From contig CM060734.1 of NCBI GenBank assembly GCA_030704615.1, positions 48,050,001 through 48,114,000 of the forward strand: a stretch of 64,000 nt of DNA. The letters are read 5' to 3'. How positions within the stretch are numbered: the first letter of the stretch is position 1; each line of letters starts with the position of its first letter. This DNA comes from Takakia lepidozioides. Taxonomy: Eukaryota; Plantae; Bryophyta. Below, one piece after another: positions 52,781-64,000 of this stretch. The translations under genes and the position numbers were made by a program. A model generated the notes under the pieces. It did not search any database, had not been told where the DNA came from, and saw only the letters and a program-made list of their open reading frames with translations.

Positions 52781-52879
52781 AGACAAGGAGGCCTTACGCA
52801 GCTTCATCAGCAGTGCAATGCTGTTTGGTGAGTACATTCTTAGACTGTCACTTCCTTCAATTGATTCCTTAATTTCAGG

Positions 52880-53020
52880 TGGCTGGAGAAGTTTATGAGT
52901 TTGGATCAGGGTTTAAATGTACTGAAAGACAGTGTTGATATCAAGGACGAGAGCTTCATGGCAAATTGCAAGGCTATGGAGCAGCTCCTGGTTGACCTTA
53001 GTAGGTAGCAAGTTGAGAAG
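52880..53020 (+). pseudogene. Methylcrotonyl-CoA carboxylase beta subunit (MCCB)-like exon fragment
   Basis: An ag..gt-bounded exon reading LNVLKDSVDIKDESFMANCKAMEQLLVDLSR*QVEK resembles the plant MCCB N-terminus (..LPDGVDRNSEAFSSNSIAMEGILSELRSHIKKV) from memory. Confidence 0.5.
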
Positions 53021-53059
53021 GTACCTCCTCTGTTGTGAGAGAGAGGACAGAGCACATGC

Positions 53060-53410
53060 CCCTGACCACATCACGTGTGTTGGTGTTTGCAACGTGTGTG
53101 CAAGCCTCGTAGCCCTGGAGAAGGGCAGAGAGGTTAATAGTAACATTGTCAAAGCTGGAATTGTACCAGATGTCATTCCGAACAGTGCCCTGGTGGATAT
53201 GTATGCCAAATGTGGGTGCATTGAAGACGCGAAGGGAGTGTTCGACAATATGGCTAAACGAAATGTGGTGTCTTGGAGTGCCATGATGGTAGCATGGGTG
53301 TGGGATGGAGGTTATGGAGACCTATGAGCAAATGATGCAGGAAAGGGGTGAAGCCAAATCACATCATGTTCTTGTGCATTTGCAATGTGTGTGCGAGCCT
53401 GGCAGCCCTG
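53060..53410 (+). pseudogene. Second PPR fragment
   Basis: PDHITCVGVCNVCASLVALEKGREVNSNIVKAGIVPDVIPNSALVDMYAKCGCIEDAKGVFDNMAKRNVVSWSAM, followed by frameshifts. Confidence 0.9.
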
Positions 53411-53502
53411 GGCACAGTTATTCATGTTGTAGACAGCATAAAGTAGAGGGAGTGTTTGAGAGAGATTCGTCATTGCATAATGTTACCCTGTTTGTGGCTC
53501 AG

Positions 53503-53760
53503 GGTATATATATGCTGGTGGCGGGATTTTCCCGACTTCCCAAATATCTGCCTAAGGCCGTCTGGCGCTACCGTATGTCTTACATAGGCTTCCATATGTA
53601 TGCTCTATCAGATCGATACCAATCGAAGCAAGTGGGAAGATTTGGCAGTTGTCTTTGGCATGGTCGTTGGCTACAGACTTATCTTCTTCCTCATGATAAA
53701 GTTTACTGAGGATGTGAGCCCAATCCTCCGCTGGCTCCTTGCCAAGCCTGCCTAGGGCTG
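53503..53760 (+). pseudogene. ABCG (ABCG11-like half transporter) C-terminal exon fragment
   Basis: GIYMLVAGFSRLPKYLPKAVWRYRMSYIGFHMYAL, then after a deletion/frameshift QIDTNRSKWEDLAVVFGMVVGYRLIFFLMIKFTEDVSPILRW. Confidence 0.8.
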
Positions 53761-54629
53761 CCTGACACGGAAAAATTCGGCTGTCCAGAACACAATTCGA
53801 CCCCTCTCTATGACACCATCCCCTGTCCATGATGCTGCTCCGCTGCGGTATTCCACAGGCAAGCAATTTGGTGCGTCCCCATGCATCTTAAAACAAGGAA
53901 AAAGTACCTGTCACTATCTTAGGTAATCTAACAACTGCGCCAACAGTGCTGCTGTGAACATGATACGGCAGCAATGGTAATGCATGAAAGAGGGTGATTG
54001 ATGGTTAACACTTTTAGCGGGACTGGAAAATTCATCTGGATCCCATTCACTGGTGGGAATTTGCAATAACAAAGCCTCTAGCTGAGAATATTGTTTTCTT
54101 TGCTTTTGGTTAGCTCAGTTGTAGAGAGAGCTGGTGCCACAAGAGTCTGATACAGAAATGTGAGGTAATTATTCTACTCTATCAGTGGGGAATCCAGAGA
54201 TTAATGAAGCGATAAAGGTGGCAGTTACTTGTTCTGCCTCAATCATAGCAACAACCATTACTTCTAGGTACATAATTTATTGCTACACAAATTCTGTCAT
54301 TGGCGCCTGCTGTGTATTATATTCTGCAGTGAAAAGCCTTGGACGGCTGCATCTTTTTCCCTTGTTGAACGGATGGAGTGCAACTGATCTGAGAATGTAT
54401 TGCAAGAATGCAGTCTGCAATGTAGAGTCTGTATGGACAATGTAATGGTGATTCCAGCACTGGACTGTGATACTGGCAACAATGAAGTGCGTAGAGAAAC
54501 CAGACAGACCAAACTTGGGAAGGAGAAATAAAAGAAAGACCACTGGACCACCGGAGGCTCCTCATGATATACTTAGTGCTTCAGAAAATAAATATGGATA
54601 CTCTAATGCAGGGTGCACTACAATCTCAG

Positions 54630-54680
54630 ATCCTGCTTTCCACCACTTTGAAGATGGGATTTGTTCTTGTGGTGATAGGA
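54630..54680 (+). pseudogene. DYW-domain C-terminal remnant
   Basis: FHHFEDGICSCGD. Confidence 0.75.
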
Positions 54681-54821
54681 TGTTTTCTTGGAAAGATGCT
54701 AGTGTCTGGTGACAGTGGATGGAAATCAGAGTGCTGTCCTAATTCTTCTCAAAGCTTGAAGATGGAAGTGAATACGAATTATTTCAAGTCCTAGTGCTAT
54801 TGGTATCTGCACTCGATAACC

Positions 54822-54890
54822 AGCATGTAGCCCAGTGGTAATGGGCACATACCACGTTGGATGTGGTTGTGGGTTCAAACCATGGTCTGG
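54822..54890 (+). repeat. tRNA-derived SINE-like head or tRNA pseudogene
   Basis: Pol III A box TAGCCCAGTGG and B box GGTTCAAACC at tRNA-like spacing. No convincing cloverleaf. Confidence 0.4.
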
Positions 54891-55492
54891 TGTGTCATGA
54901 AGGTGTCCACCTTTTAGCTGGAAGGCAGTAGCCCTAGTAGCCCTTGTGGTGAAGAGACACCATAATTTAAGCTCCCTTCGGGAGGCGTCATATTTTTACT
55001 ACGCAAGGCCCGCTGCTCGTCCTGAATCAAGTCCAGTAGATCTACAAGAAGCTGCTGTTGCGGCCATCCTCCATCGATGTCTGCATTTCCTAGATGCAAT
55101 TTGATGAGTACTAGGGTTGCAGTCGATGCATCGCCACGATGCCGTTCAGAGTTTGATTGACAGTAAGTTACCTGTCGAGCAGCCTCGTGAGCGTCACGCA
55201 AGTTCCTAAAGTTAAAGGCTGTAGCGAATTTAGTAAACGACCAAGTGTTGTTTATGCAAAACCCAAACTTGGGTCTTGTTGTATCCTTGCATATGTACAT
55301 ACAAGCACGCAGGTCTCCAGACTCCCACTTCCTTCCTTCACACATTGCGAGTTCGTGGTGGCACATGACAGTTGTGGCCACCGGACAAAGCAAAGTCTGG
55401 AGTAGAACAGAGCTTCATGACAGCAGGCCGAGAAGGTACCTCTACCCAAGGATTGTGGCTACTTGGCTCTCTCTTCTGATCCACCAACGGGT

Positions 55493-56109
55493 ATGGACAC
55501 TGAGGTGTGGAGTAGGCTGTCGTGCGACTTACTGGACAGAGTATTGGCACGCTTATCTTGCACAAACTTTTGCCGCTTATAGATGGTGTGCAAGCGCCAG
55601 CGATCTCTACCAACAACTCAAGGTTTTATGCATCTCCGCCACCAAGTCGGTGTCGATCAAATAGAGCCATTCTTTGTCTTTCCCTCGGACAATGGGTACA
55701 TTTCCCCGCAGAACATGGGATTTTTAAAGTTATTGTATCCATCATCATCTGCAAGGGGATGTCCAAGTTGCAACAGATGGACCTCGCATTCCTTAGATCT
55801 CACTTGCCTAGTTGCGTCTCAACAAATATGTCAACAGCAGGTTCCTATCCTTCACCGGCTTACTATTATTTATCTATAGACGGAGGGTTGTTTTCCATGG
55901 CACTGAGTTCATGTCGCTTAGAGGATTCGCACATCATTGTGTTCAATCCAATCTCAAAGTGTTGCAGACGCTTGCTTGAAGTGCCTCCACTTTACGGCGA
56001 GGAGAGATTTCTTAGTAAACTGGTGATGGATAGCAGAACTGGAGGGTACACCCTTATTAGGGTTACAATTGTAACAAGGTATGATACTGAAGAGGTAGAG
56101 GTTCGCATG
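55493..56109 (+). pseudogene. F-box protein pseudogene interrupted by element B copy 2
   Basis: MDTEVWSRLSCDLLDRVLARLSCTNFCRL*MVCKR..RSL (F-box), later DGGLF..IIVFNPISKCCRRL. The frame runs directly into the element terminus. Confidence 0.8.
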
Positions 56110-56932
56110 GGGGCTGCTATTTCATGAGCGGCATGAGCATGAGCGGCATGAGCATGAGCGGAAAAAAAAAAAGCATGAGCAGACCATTGTGAGTCCACGG
56201 AAATAGGGTTAGGAGGCACGGAAATAGGGTCATGTGAAGTTGGAATGTGGCACCAGTGGACTTGAAATGCAACATTTTATTGCAAATTTTGTGGCAAGCC
56301 ACGTCTATACAAGTGTGTTCTAACTGTCATAGCCGGAATGGGCACTACTCTCCTACACCCTCCGAGGAACTTGCCCCACCTTCTTCCTCATCCCCCTCAT
56401 CCCCCTCATCCTCCGAGCTCTGTGATGCATCAGTTCCACTATGCCTCTCAAAAATCCCGTCCTCTCCTTGGGGGACTGTCCACCTCACCTCCTGGGAATC
56501 TTCTGCGTCTTCTCCCCCACTTTCCTCCTCAGCAGAATCCAACACAAATCTACGAGCCCGACGGGCTCTAATAGCTGCTGCCTCCTCCCTCATCTTCATT
56601 TTCTTGAGGCTTGCCTCGTCTAAAATCTGCTCTACACGACTACGTTCGGAACACCTCCTAATGGACACCGAAGCAAGTCGGGCAGCATAAGTAGGAAGGA
56701 TGTACTCCCTTTCTGGACTAGGCATGAAATCCCCCCTGGCAAAAAAAGGCACGTTCCTCCTGCCCATGAACTCCGGTGTAGACGTCCCTCCGGCAGTACT
56801 TGGCATCCTACAGTAAGAACAAATCCACTTCAAGAATGTCAATACCAGCACAACCAGAAAGGGTTTTCAATGAAATAAGAGAGCGGAGGGAGGTGCCTCA
56901 CAAAATCTGGAGGCAACTTACAATGCCACCAC

Positions 56933-59900
56933 TCACTCGTAAACCGGGGGCTCCTCGGCCTTGATCCCAACTTCCTCCCCCTGCTCCTTCTCGGATTTTT
57001 CCTCATCCTCCGAGGATGCCTCTTTCCTCATCCTCCCGTTTCCGAGTTGTGGAGGGCAGTATCTGGCTCGAAGGCGAACACATGCCTGTCGGACAACGTC
57101 CCTGCCCACATTGAAGCACCTGAGGAACAAAGCGGGCGGTTAATAGCTTGCGGCATGCAATTGCAATGGGGCCAGGGGACAAACTGAGCACGTGAAGGCT
57201 TACCCGTGCCGCATGTGAGGTCCAGAATCCGCCCTTGGACATCCGAGCACGTCTCCATGAGGGTTTGGATGAAAGCAGGGCTCCGGGTCCGGCTGTACCG
57301 CCACGGTTTGCCTGTCTTTGTGTCCTTCGGCATACTAGAGTGGGGCACATAGTTGTAGAGGACATCGTAGGTTACAGGGTCCACAGCGGCATCAACAAGA
57401 CGACCGTCGTTGCGGAATTTGAACGTAGACCCTCTCTTCACAAAGCAATATGCCTCAAACACCAATGTCTGCACATCCAACAAAGAAGGGATCAATTCCA
57501 GGGTCTACTTAACATACACCACAATATGAAGTGAATGCAATAGATTGATAACTTACACTTTGGCCCTCTGTTTGCAACCCCTGCGTACTGATGCAGAACC
57601 ATTTTCTGAGGAGGACCGGGGTGACACTTTTCGGTGTCCACCTTGCCACCGCATTCTCTGTGGTCTTCCCTCTCGTGGCAAGGACAACCACACATCCACC
57701 GTCATCCAGAAGCATCCCCGCCGCCAGCCCAAACCCGGCTTTCCAGTAGTCCTCAGTAAACCTGTTCCAGGTGGGCACACCATCCAGGCCCTCCAGCAGC
57801 TCCCCATCTGGAATGTCGAGAGAATCATGTCGCAAGCTCTCTCCACCTCAACCCCCCCCCCCCCCCCGAGTGCTCTTGCAATTCGTGCTCATAGCCGTGA
57901 AGAATTCCATCATGGCTTCAAAACCAGGGGTGTCTTTAGGCTCTTGTACCGCCCCCTCTTCTTGGCTTTCCCCTTCTGCTCCGCCAGAGACTTGTTGTGT
58001 GCCACCTTCTTCGCCCTGGCAGCGAGAGCGTCAAGGAAGCTCTCATTGACGCATTGGATGATGGTTGGAGGTTCTAGCTTTGGCCTGTGCGTAAACGTCA
58101 CCGCCGAATACCGGCGTGTAGGCTCGCCCTCAAATGCCAACTTCTTGGCAGAGCCAGTCCCACTCCGAACTGACTTGGGAACCCGGACGACCGGTGACTG
58201 GGTAGGAGCAACAGCAGTCGCAGGACCTTGAACGAAATCGGCGTCGGAGTCACTCTCTTGGGTCCCCTCCTGCGCCTCCTCCGATGCCCCGATGGTTTTC
58301 TTCTTTTTGGGTGTTACTGCAGTCACCTGTTTCCTTGTCCTTTTCCTTTGACCTTTACTCTTCTCATGCAATTTCTCCTGAATTCCTGCCCTCACAAGCT
58401 CTGCCGCTTTCCTGGAGTTCGCAAGCGCTTTTGCCTCTTTTGCACCACAACGGAGGCAGCGGAGCCCGGTTTCGTCGGAATTCAGCATCCAGCTTCAATT
58501 GAAACTCGGATGGGTCGAGCGAGCCGGGCGGAAGGTCCACATACCAAGGGCAATCACGCAAATGTTCCAGATGCCACTCCTTCACAATATCGTCAGTGTA
58601 CATGGAGTCAGCCCCAGGGTTCCTCCATGCCAGAAAGAATGGTGGCTCGAAAGACAGATGACCTTTCTTCTCCAAAAGGGAGAACTTACAGTACCTGCAT
58701 TCATGAAACACACAATGAGGTCCGAAAATGGCTAAGTCCCTGAACGGCAATAGGGCCTACAACTGGAATATGGCGCCGAATTTCCACTTCAGGGCCACCC
58801 AGTCTAGGGACTTAGCCCGAAAATGGCTAAGTCCCTGAACGGCAATACGGCCTGGAACTGGAAAATGGCGCCGAATTTCCAGTTCAGGGCCACCCAGTCT
58901 AGGGACTTAGCCCGAAAATGGCTAAGTCCCTGAACGGCAATAGGGCCTAAAACTGGAAAATGGGCGCCGAATTTCCACTTCAGGGCCAGCCAGTCTAGGG
59001 ACTTAGCCCGAAAATGGCTAAGTCCCTGAACGGCAATAGGGCCTGGAACTGGAAAATGGCGCCGAATTTCCAGTTCAGGGCCAGCCAGTCTAGGGACTTA
59101 GCCCGAAAATGGCTAAGTCCCTGGACGGCAATAGGGCCTAGAACTGGAAAACGGCGCCGAATTTCCAGTTCCGGGCCAGCCACACTAGGGACTTAGGCCG
59201 AAAATGGCTAAGTCCCTGAATGGCAATAGGGCCTACAACTGGAAAATGGCGCCGAATTTCCACTTCAGGGCCAGCCAGTCTAGGGACTTAGACCGAAAAT
59301 GGCTAAGTCCCTGGACGGCAATAGGGCCTGGAACTGGAAAATGGCGCCGAATTTCCAGTTCCGGGCCAGCCAGTCTAGGGACTTAGCCATTTTCGGAGCC
59401 CTGACTGGAAATTCGGCGCCATTTTCCCTAACACACCACTTGAGGCCTCTAACATCCTGAAATGCCAGGACTTGAAAGAAAGGCAGCGCGTATGTACATG
59501 TACAGAAGGCGCATTGCTGCTTTGTCCGCGTTCGGCTGGTCGGTGAACTCGTGGCTCCGGCGAGCATCTGCTATCTCCCGAAAGAATAGGTTGGTTTTGT
59601 AGAGCAGAAAGTACCTCGTCGTCACATAGTCACGTAGGCTCTCTGCTGCAGGAGATATCTCCATCTTGAACTGATGTGCTTGTGTGTCCAGCTGCTCTTG
59701 CGCATTCGTCGTCACCTGTGGAGATTGTCCATCAGATCGCTTTCCTCAAAAAATACAATGAATCCACCCCCTACTAGAGTAGAAGCCCCAAACGAAGCGT
59801 GGGGAAGTACCTGAAACCACCATGTCATGCAGTTCATCCACATGTCGAATGTGGGGTCAGAGAGTTTGTCCGTTTGGGGAGCTCCACATGTCCCTGGTAC

Positions 59901-62583
59901 TTTGGGAACCATTCCAGATTTGGAGCCACCGGGTCTGTCCAACCACCCAGCATATTCGTAAGCGCCAAACACCACAAAAAGGAGTTGTTGCCACCACAAT
60001 TTTGTTAAGAATGTATCACCTTTTCTGTTGCATCCACACAGGATGTGGCTAGACGATGGAGCTTCTCCAATGTCATCGTGGGCTTCAGAGCGCGAGAGTA
60101 GTGCTTCCCCACCTCCACCAGAAAGTCGGTACCAAGGGCGGGATCAGCTATGGCCATGTACTTTACCATCCGCGACTTGTACTTTATGCGGGCCCTCACC
60201 TCCGCAGCTTTGACATACGATTCGAGTTCCGGGAGGGTTGGATTCTTCTCCTCTGACTCCATGTAGAACCTCCGCGCATGTGCCAAATCCTGCTGTATTT
60301 TCGTCTGTCAAGAATGCGCACATAAGATTAGAGATCCTGCTCAACACAATTTCTTCTATTGGGGGAGGAGAGACAGATTAGCTCAACAAAACTGTCAGGA
60401 GCTTTACCCGAAATATGTAGTCCACCATGGCATCGACGCTCAGCCTATACCAGGTTCTGTCTGCCTTTGCCTCCGACTTGCGCAGGAGGTCGGCACTGAG
60501 GGAATTGGCAAACTCTTGCACCCCCTGCTTCCCGACATCCTTCACTCGGAAGAGCATATGGGACAAGTTGGTGGCAATGAAGGCATTCTCAGTCACCCTG
60601 CAGTGCCACATTTCCATCAAACAATACTGAAATGGGAATTTTCATCATATATGAGGATTCGCAATGAAATGACTTCCAAATTCAAAGTCCAAAAGCGAGA
60701 GGGGTTGTAGCTTACGAGTTGATGTCGGCCATTGCAGCTTTGAGAAGACTGCGATCTTTGGGCCCCGCAACCTTCAGCACAACACAATCGACGGCGAAAT
60801 GCCAATCGAGATCGTTGGGGTGGGCTTGGGCAATGTGCTCCATCCATGCCAGGAGGCGATGATTGCCGTCCCACACGTAGAACATCTTACCGGACATGTG
60901 CTGGAAAAGAGGATCACTAGCAATCGATCTCTCGAACTCCTCATTTCGCGTTTGCCAATGGGGACCCCATTTGTCCACCTCATCGGAAGTGTGGGCACGG
61001 GAAGCTCCGTGGTCGTTCTCAATGGAAACGTAAAACGCGGCAGACCCCATTCGATATCCATCCCGGAAAGAGAATTTCAGCTTGTCGATATCGCCTGGGA
61101 GGGCAGGTCTCACCACCTGCAATGACACCAAGCGGCAAAGGGGAATTCGAAGCTTGGCCGGGTACACCATGCCCCCCAGCACCCTGCCAATGTTGCTGTG
61201 GGTTGCCTCCAACATCTTGGCAGCGGCCAACTTCATATCCGCCTCAGACATGACGTCTGCTGCAGAGGGGTTTTCCGGCAGCCCACCAGGACCGCCAAAT
61301 CCAGCCTGTATGCTCCGGGTTTGGGGCCTGGGGATGTCCGGGAGGATGTCATCCTGGTCAGAAACCTCCATGTCGTCCTCCTCAACAGGGTCAGCCACCT
61401 GCGAAACCACCTCCAGCACTCTCGTCGTCTCTACTGCCCTCTCCCCTGGCTTCACCTCGAACTTGCACAATCCGTGCTCTTTCAGGTGTTCTTTCCTCTC
61501 CTCCACTCTCCACCGTATGGGTAATTGCGGGGGCTGCTCTTGCCCGCGATGGTCTAACCGGTGTGTTACTGCCTCTCTGTGGTGTCTTGGAGGGATCCAC
61601 CGTCTCTGTGTGTCCCTCGCTTACATTGGCATCTGTCATTTGGGCACCCCTGGCCTCTTCAGCTGCCTTTTGTCTTTCCTCCTGGCTAGCATTCTGTCTC
61701 GTCTGTTCTTTTGCCCTCTCTTTTGCCCTCTCACGGGCTTTCTGTTTCTTACTAGGGCTAGCAGCAGGGGAGCCCTCCAGGACGACCACCTTTGATTGAG
61801 GCGAACTGACACCCTCGCGCGCACTGCTCACTCCCCCCTCCGCAGCCCGTGACTGCTCTCTCGCCGGGGATTGCATGTGCTTAGCTTTCTTCTTTTTCTT
61901 TGCGTGGGCGGGCCCTACTGCATGTGCATGAACAACCTCCATTGCCGGATCTGTTGTCCTCATGTCCTCACGCCCTTCACCTGCCATGCCGCCTGCACCA
62001 ACCTCCCCAATGCATACTCTGTCGTAATCTCGTTGCAAGTCCTCCCGTCCACCAACAAAAGGTTTAAGTTTGCCCTCTTGCCCCAAGTTGGGCGATTGAA
62101 ACATGTGATGAGTTGGAGCTGTCGATGATACCACCAGCGTGCCGGGCTCGTCGTCACTCTGTCATTGACAAAAATCGTGAAAACCAACATCGGTGCAAAA
62201 AGCAGCATCGCAACCACCATAGCAACAATCATGTAGCAAAAATGAAAACATAACAAGTTTAGGAAGTATGGAGAGCCATGCAACAACAATGAAAACAAAT
62301 GCAACCATTGCCTAAGAATGACATGCACAAGCAGCCTTCTCCAGAGCTGCCGGATTTGCACACGCATTGCAAACAATCTAAGGTTCACTCAACTATCTAA
62401 AGTTCACTCATACAGCAAAGCCAGGATGAAGATGCAAAAACAAAGCAAGGTAACAAAGCGAAAGCAAAAAATAAATCGAACAAACCGAAAGCAGAAGTGG
62501 CTTGCCTGAGAGTACTCGGCTTCAGTTGGCGCAGGTTGTGAGCAAGACACTGGAATCTCCTGCTGGAGCTTCAGTTTGGCCAT
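56933..62583 (-). CDS. ParB-like + beta-class amino-DNA-methyltransferase fusion gene (element B copy 2; small indels)
   Basis: Same exons as copy 1: ATG at 62583, YVWDGNHRLLAW in 60712-61506, LDIPDG in 57509-57835 and ILDLTCGTG in 57028-57495. Confidence 0.85.
58721..59428. repeat. Intronic 7 x 95-bp tandem array (copy 2)
   Basis: Same units as 44935-45640. Confidence 0.95.
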
Positions 62584-62899
62584 GCGAGAGATTGGCCGTC
62601 GTCCGTAGTACAGAGCTTTCAACTTCCGCCGCGGTCTGGATGTGAGGTCTCTCTCAGGAGAGCCACGCCCTTCAGGCGGCATAAGTCCCAGCCAAAAAGA
62701 TCTCATTTTTTGGGGTACATGCCTGGAATACCATGTTAAGCCAAGATTAGCATGAGATTTAGGGTACGTGTCCAGAAAGCCATGCGTCGCCAGCCCGAAT
62801 AATAACCGACGGCGGTCAACATTTATTGCCCAACTGCGCAATTAAATGTCGGATGAAGCCCTCCATGTCGGATGAAAATCGACGTAAACAATCCCGGAA

Positions 62900-64000
62900 T
62901 TTCCAACGTAGAGGTAATTCGGAGCGCTGCACGATGAAATTCCGGCGCCGGATTTCCATCCTGCAGGTAATTCGGAGCGCAACAGGATGGATATCCGGCG
63001 CCGAATTTCCATCCGCGGAGGTAGGGCGGCGCTGGAAATTTCCCTCACGCAGGTAATTCGGAAGCGCGCGGATGGAAATCCGGCGACGAATTTCCATCCA
63101 GCCAGGTAGGGCGGCGCTGGAAATTTCCCTCACGCAGGTAATTCGGAAGCGCGCGGATGGAAATCCGGCGCCGAATTTCCATCCGCGGAGGTAGGGCGGC
63201 GCTGGAAATTTCCCTCACGCAGGTAATTCGGAAGCGCGCGGATGGAAATCCGGCGCCGAATTTCCATCCGCGGAGGTAGGGCGGCGCTGGAAATTTCCCT
63301 CACGCAGGTAATTCGGAAGCGCGCGGATGGAAATCCGGCGCCGAATTTCCATCCAGGTAATTCGAATCCCGGATGAATGGAAATTCGGCGCCGAATTTCC
63401 ATCCAGCAGGTAAGTCGGATCGGTGCCGTATGGATATTCGGCGCCGAATTTCCATTCGCCATGTATTTCTGAGCGAGGAATTACCTTCGTGCAGGTAATT
63501 CTGGACGAGGAATTAACATCCTACCGGCATCGATTGGAATTACCTGCAGGAAGGTAATTCTCATCTGGAAATTACCTGCACGAAGGTAATTCTCATCTGG
63601 GAATTACCTGCAGGAAGGTAATTCTGAGCGATGAAATACATGGCGAATGGAAATTCGGCGCCGAATATCCATACGGCACCGATCCGACTTACCTGCTGGA
63701 TGGAAATTCGGCGCCGAATTTCCATTCATCCGGGATTCCACTTACCTGCAGGATGGAATTTCGGCGCCGAATTTCCATTCATCCGGGATTCCACTTACCT
63801 GCAGGATGGAATTTCGGCGCCGAATTTCCATTCATCCGGGATTCCACTTACCTGCAGGATGGAATTTCGGCGCCGAATTTCCATTCATCCGGGATTCCAC
63901 TTACCTGCAGGATGGAATTTCGGCGCCGAATTTCCATTCATCCGGGATTCCACTTACCTGCGTGAGGGAATTTCGGCGCCGAATTACCTCCGCGGATGGA
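62900..64000. repeat. Palindrome field (copy 2): 4 x 85 bp, inverted-repeat centre, 5 x 53 bp
   Basis: Same motifs as 49100-50195 with different unit counts (53-bp units at 63690-63955). Confidence 0.95.

Larger units (their letters stand above)
56110..64000 (-). mobile_element. Element B copy 2 (runs off the right edge)
   Basis: Same terminus ATG|GGGGCTGCTATTTCATGAGC. Collinear and near-identical to 42341-~50195, with a different host flank (F-box gene). Confidence 0.88.

Noticed and set aside
54822-54890. Functional tRNA gene
   Set aside because: A and B boxes are present, but acceptor and anticodon stems cannot be paired convincingly.
36538-64000. Bacterial or phage contamination as the source of ParB and MTase motifs
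   Set aside because: The genes are split by conserved GT-AG/GC-AG introns and have base-precise junctions into plant LINE and F-box sequence.
42341-64000. B1/B2 as a pure assembly or haplotype duplication
   Set aside because: Identity starts exactly at the element terminus, the left flanks are unrelated, and the same terminus type bounds element A. Read-level confirmation is still advisable.

Overview
Repeat-rich nuclear DNA of a land plant, most likely a non-seed plant, judged from spliceosomal introns and PLS-DYW PPR genes. Three host genes look intact, all on the minus strand: a 7-exon theta-class glutathione S-transferase, a 973-aa PLS-DYW RNA-editing PPR protein, and an intronless NmrA-like oxidoreductase that reads as bacterial. 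They sit among decayed Ty3/Gypsy, LINE and CACTA relics and many host-gene fragments (PPR, clathrin light chain, MCCB, ABCG, F-box). The main discovery is in the right half (36.5-64 kb): three insertions of an apparently undescribed DNA element family. There is one older, diverged element A and two near-identical copies of element B, one of them nested inside A. Each carries a multi-exon gene for a protein of roughly 1,300 aa that fuses a ParB/Srx-like domain (VWDGNHRLLAW) to a beta-class N4/N6 amino-DNA-methyltransferase domain with an atypical DIPD motif IV. All three insert right after a host ATG and share a 20-nt terminus (GGGRMTGCTWKYKCRTGAGC). Each subfamily carries many copies of its own 22-30 bp palindrome, mostly spaced near whole helical turns, which resembles a parS array. 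No transposase and no second terminus is visible in this window, so the mobilisation mechanism is unresolved. All family assignments come from motif recognition by eye; no database search was run.
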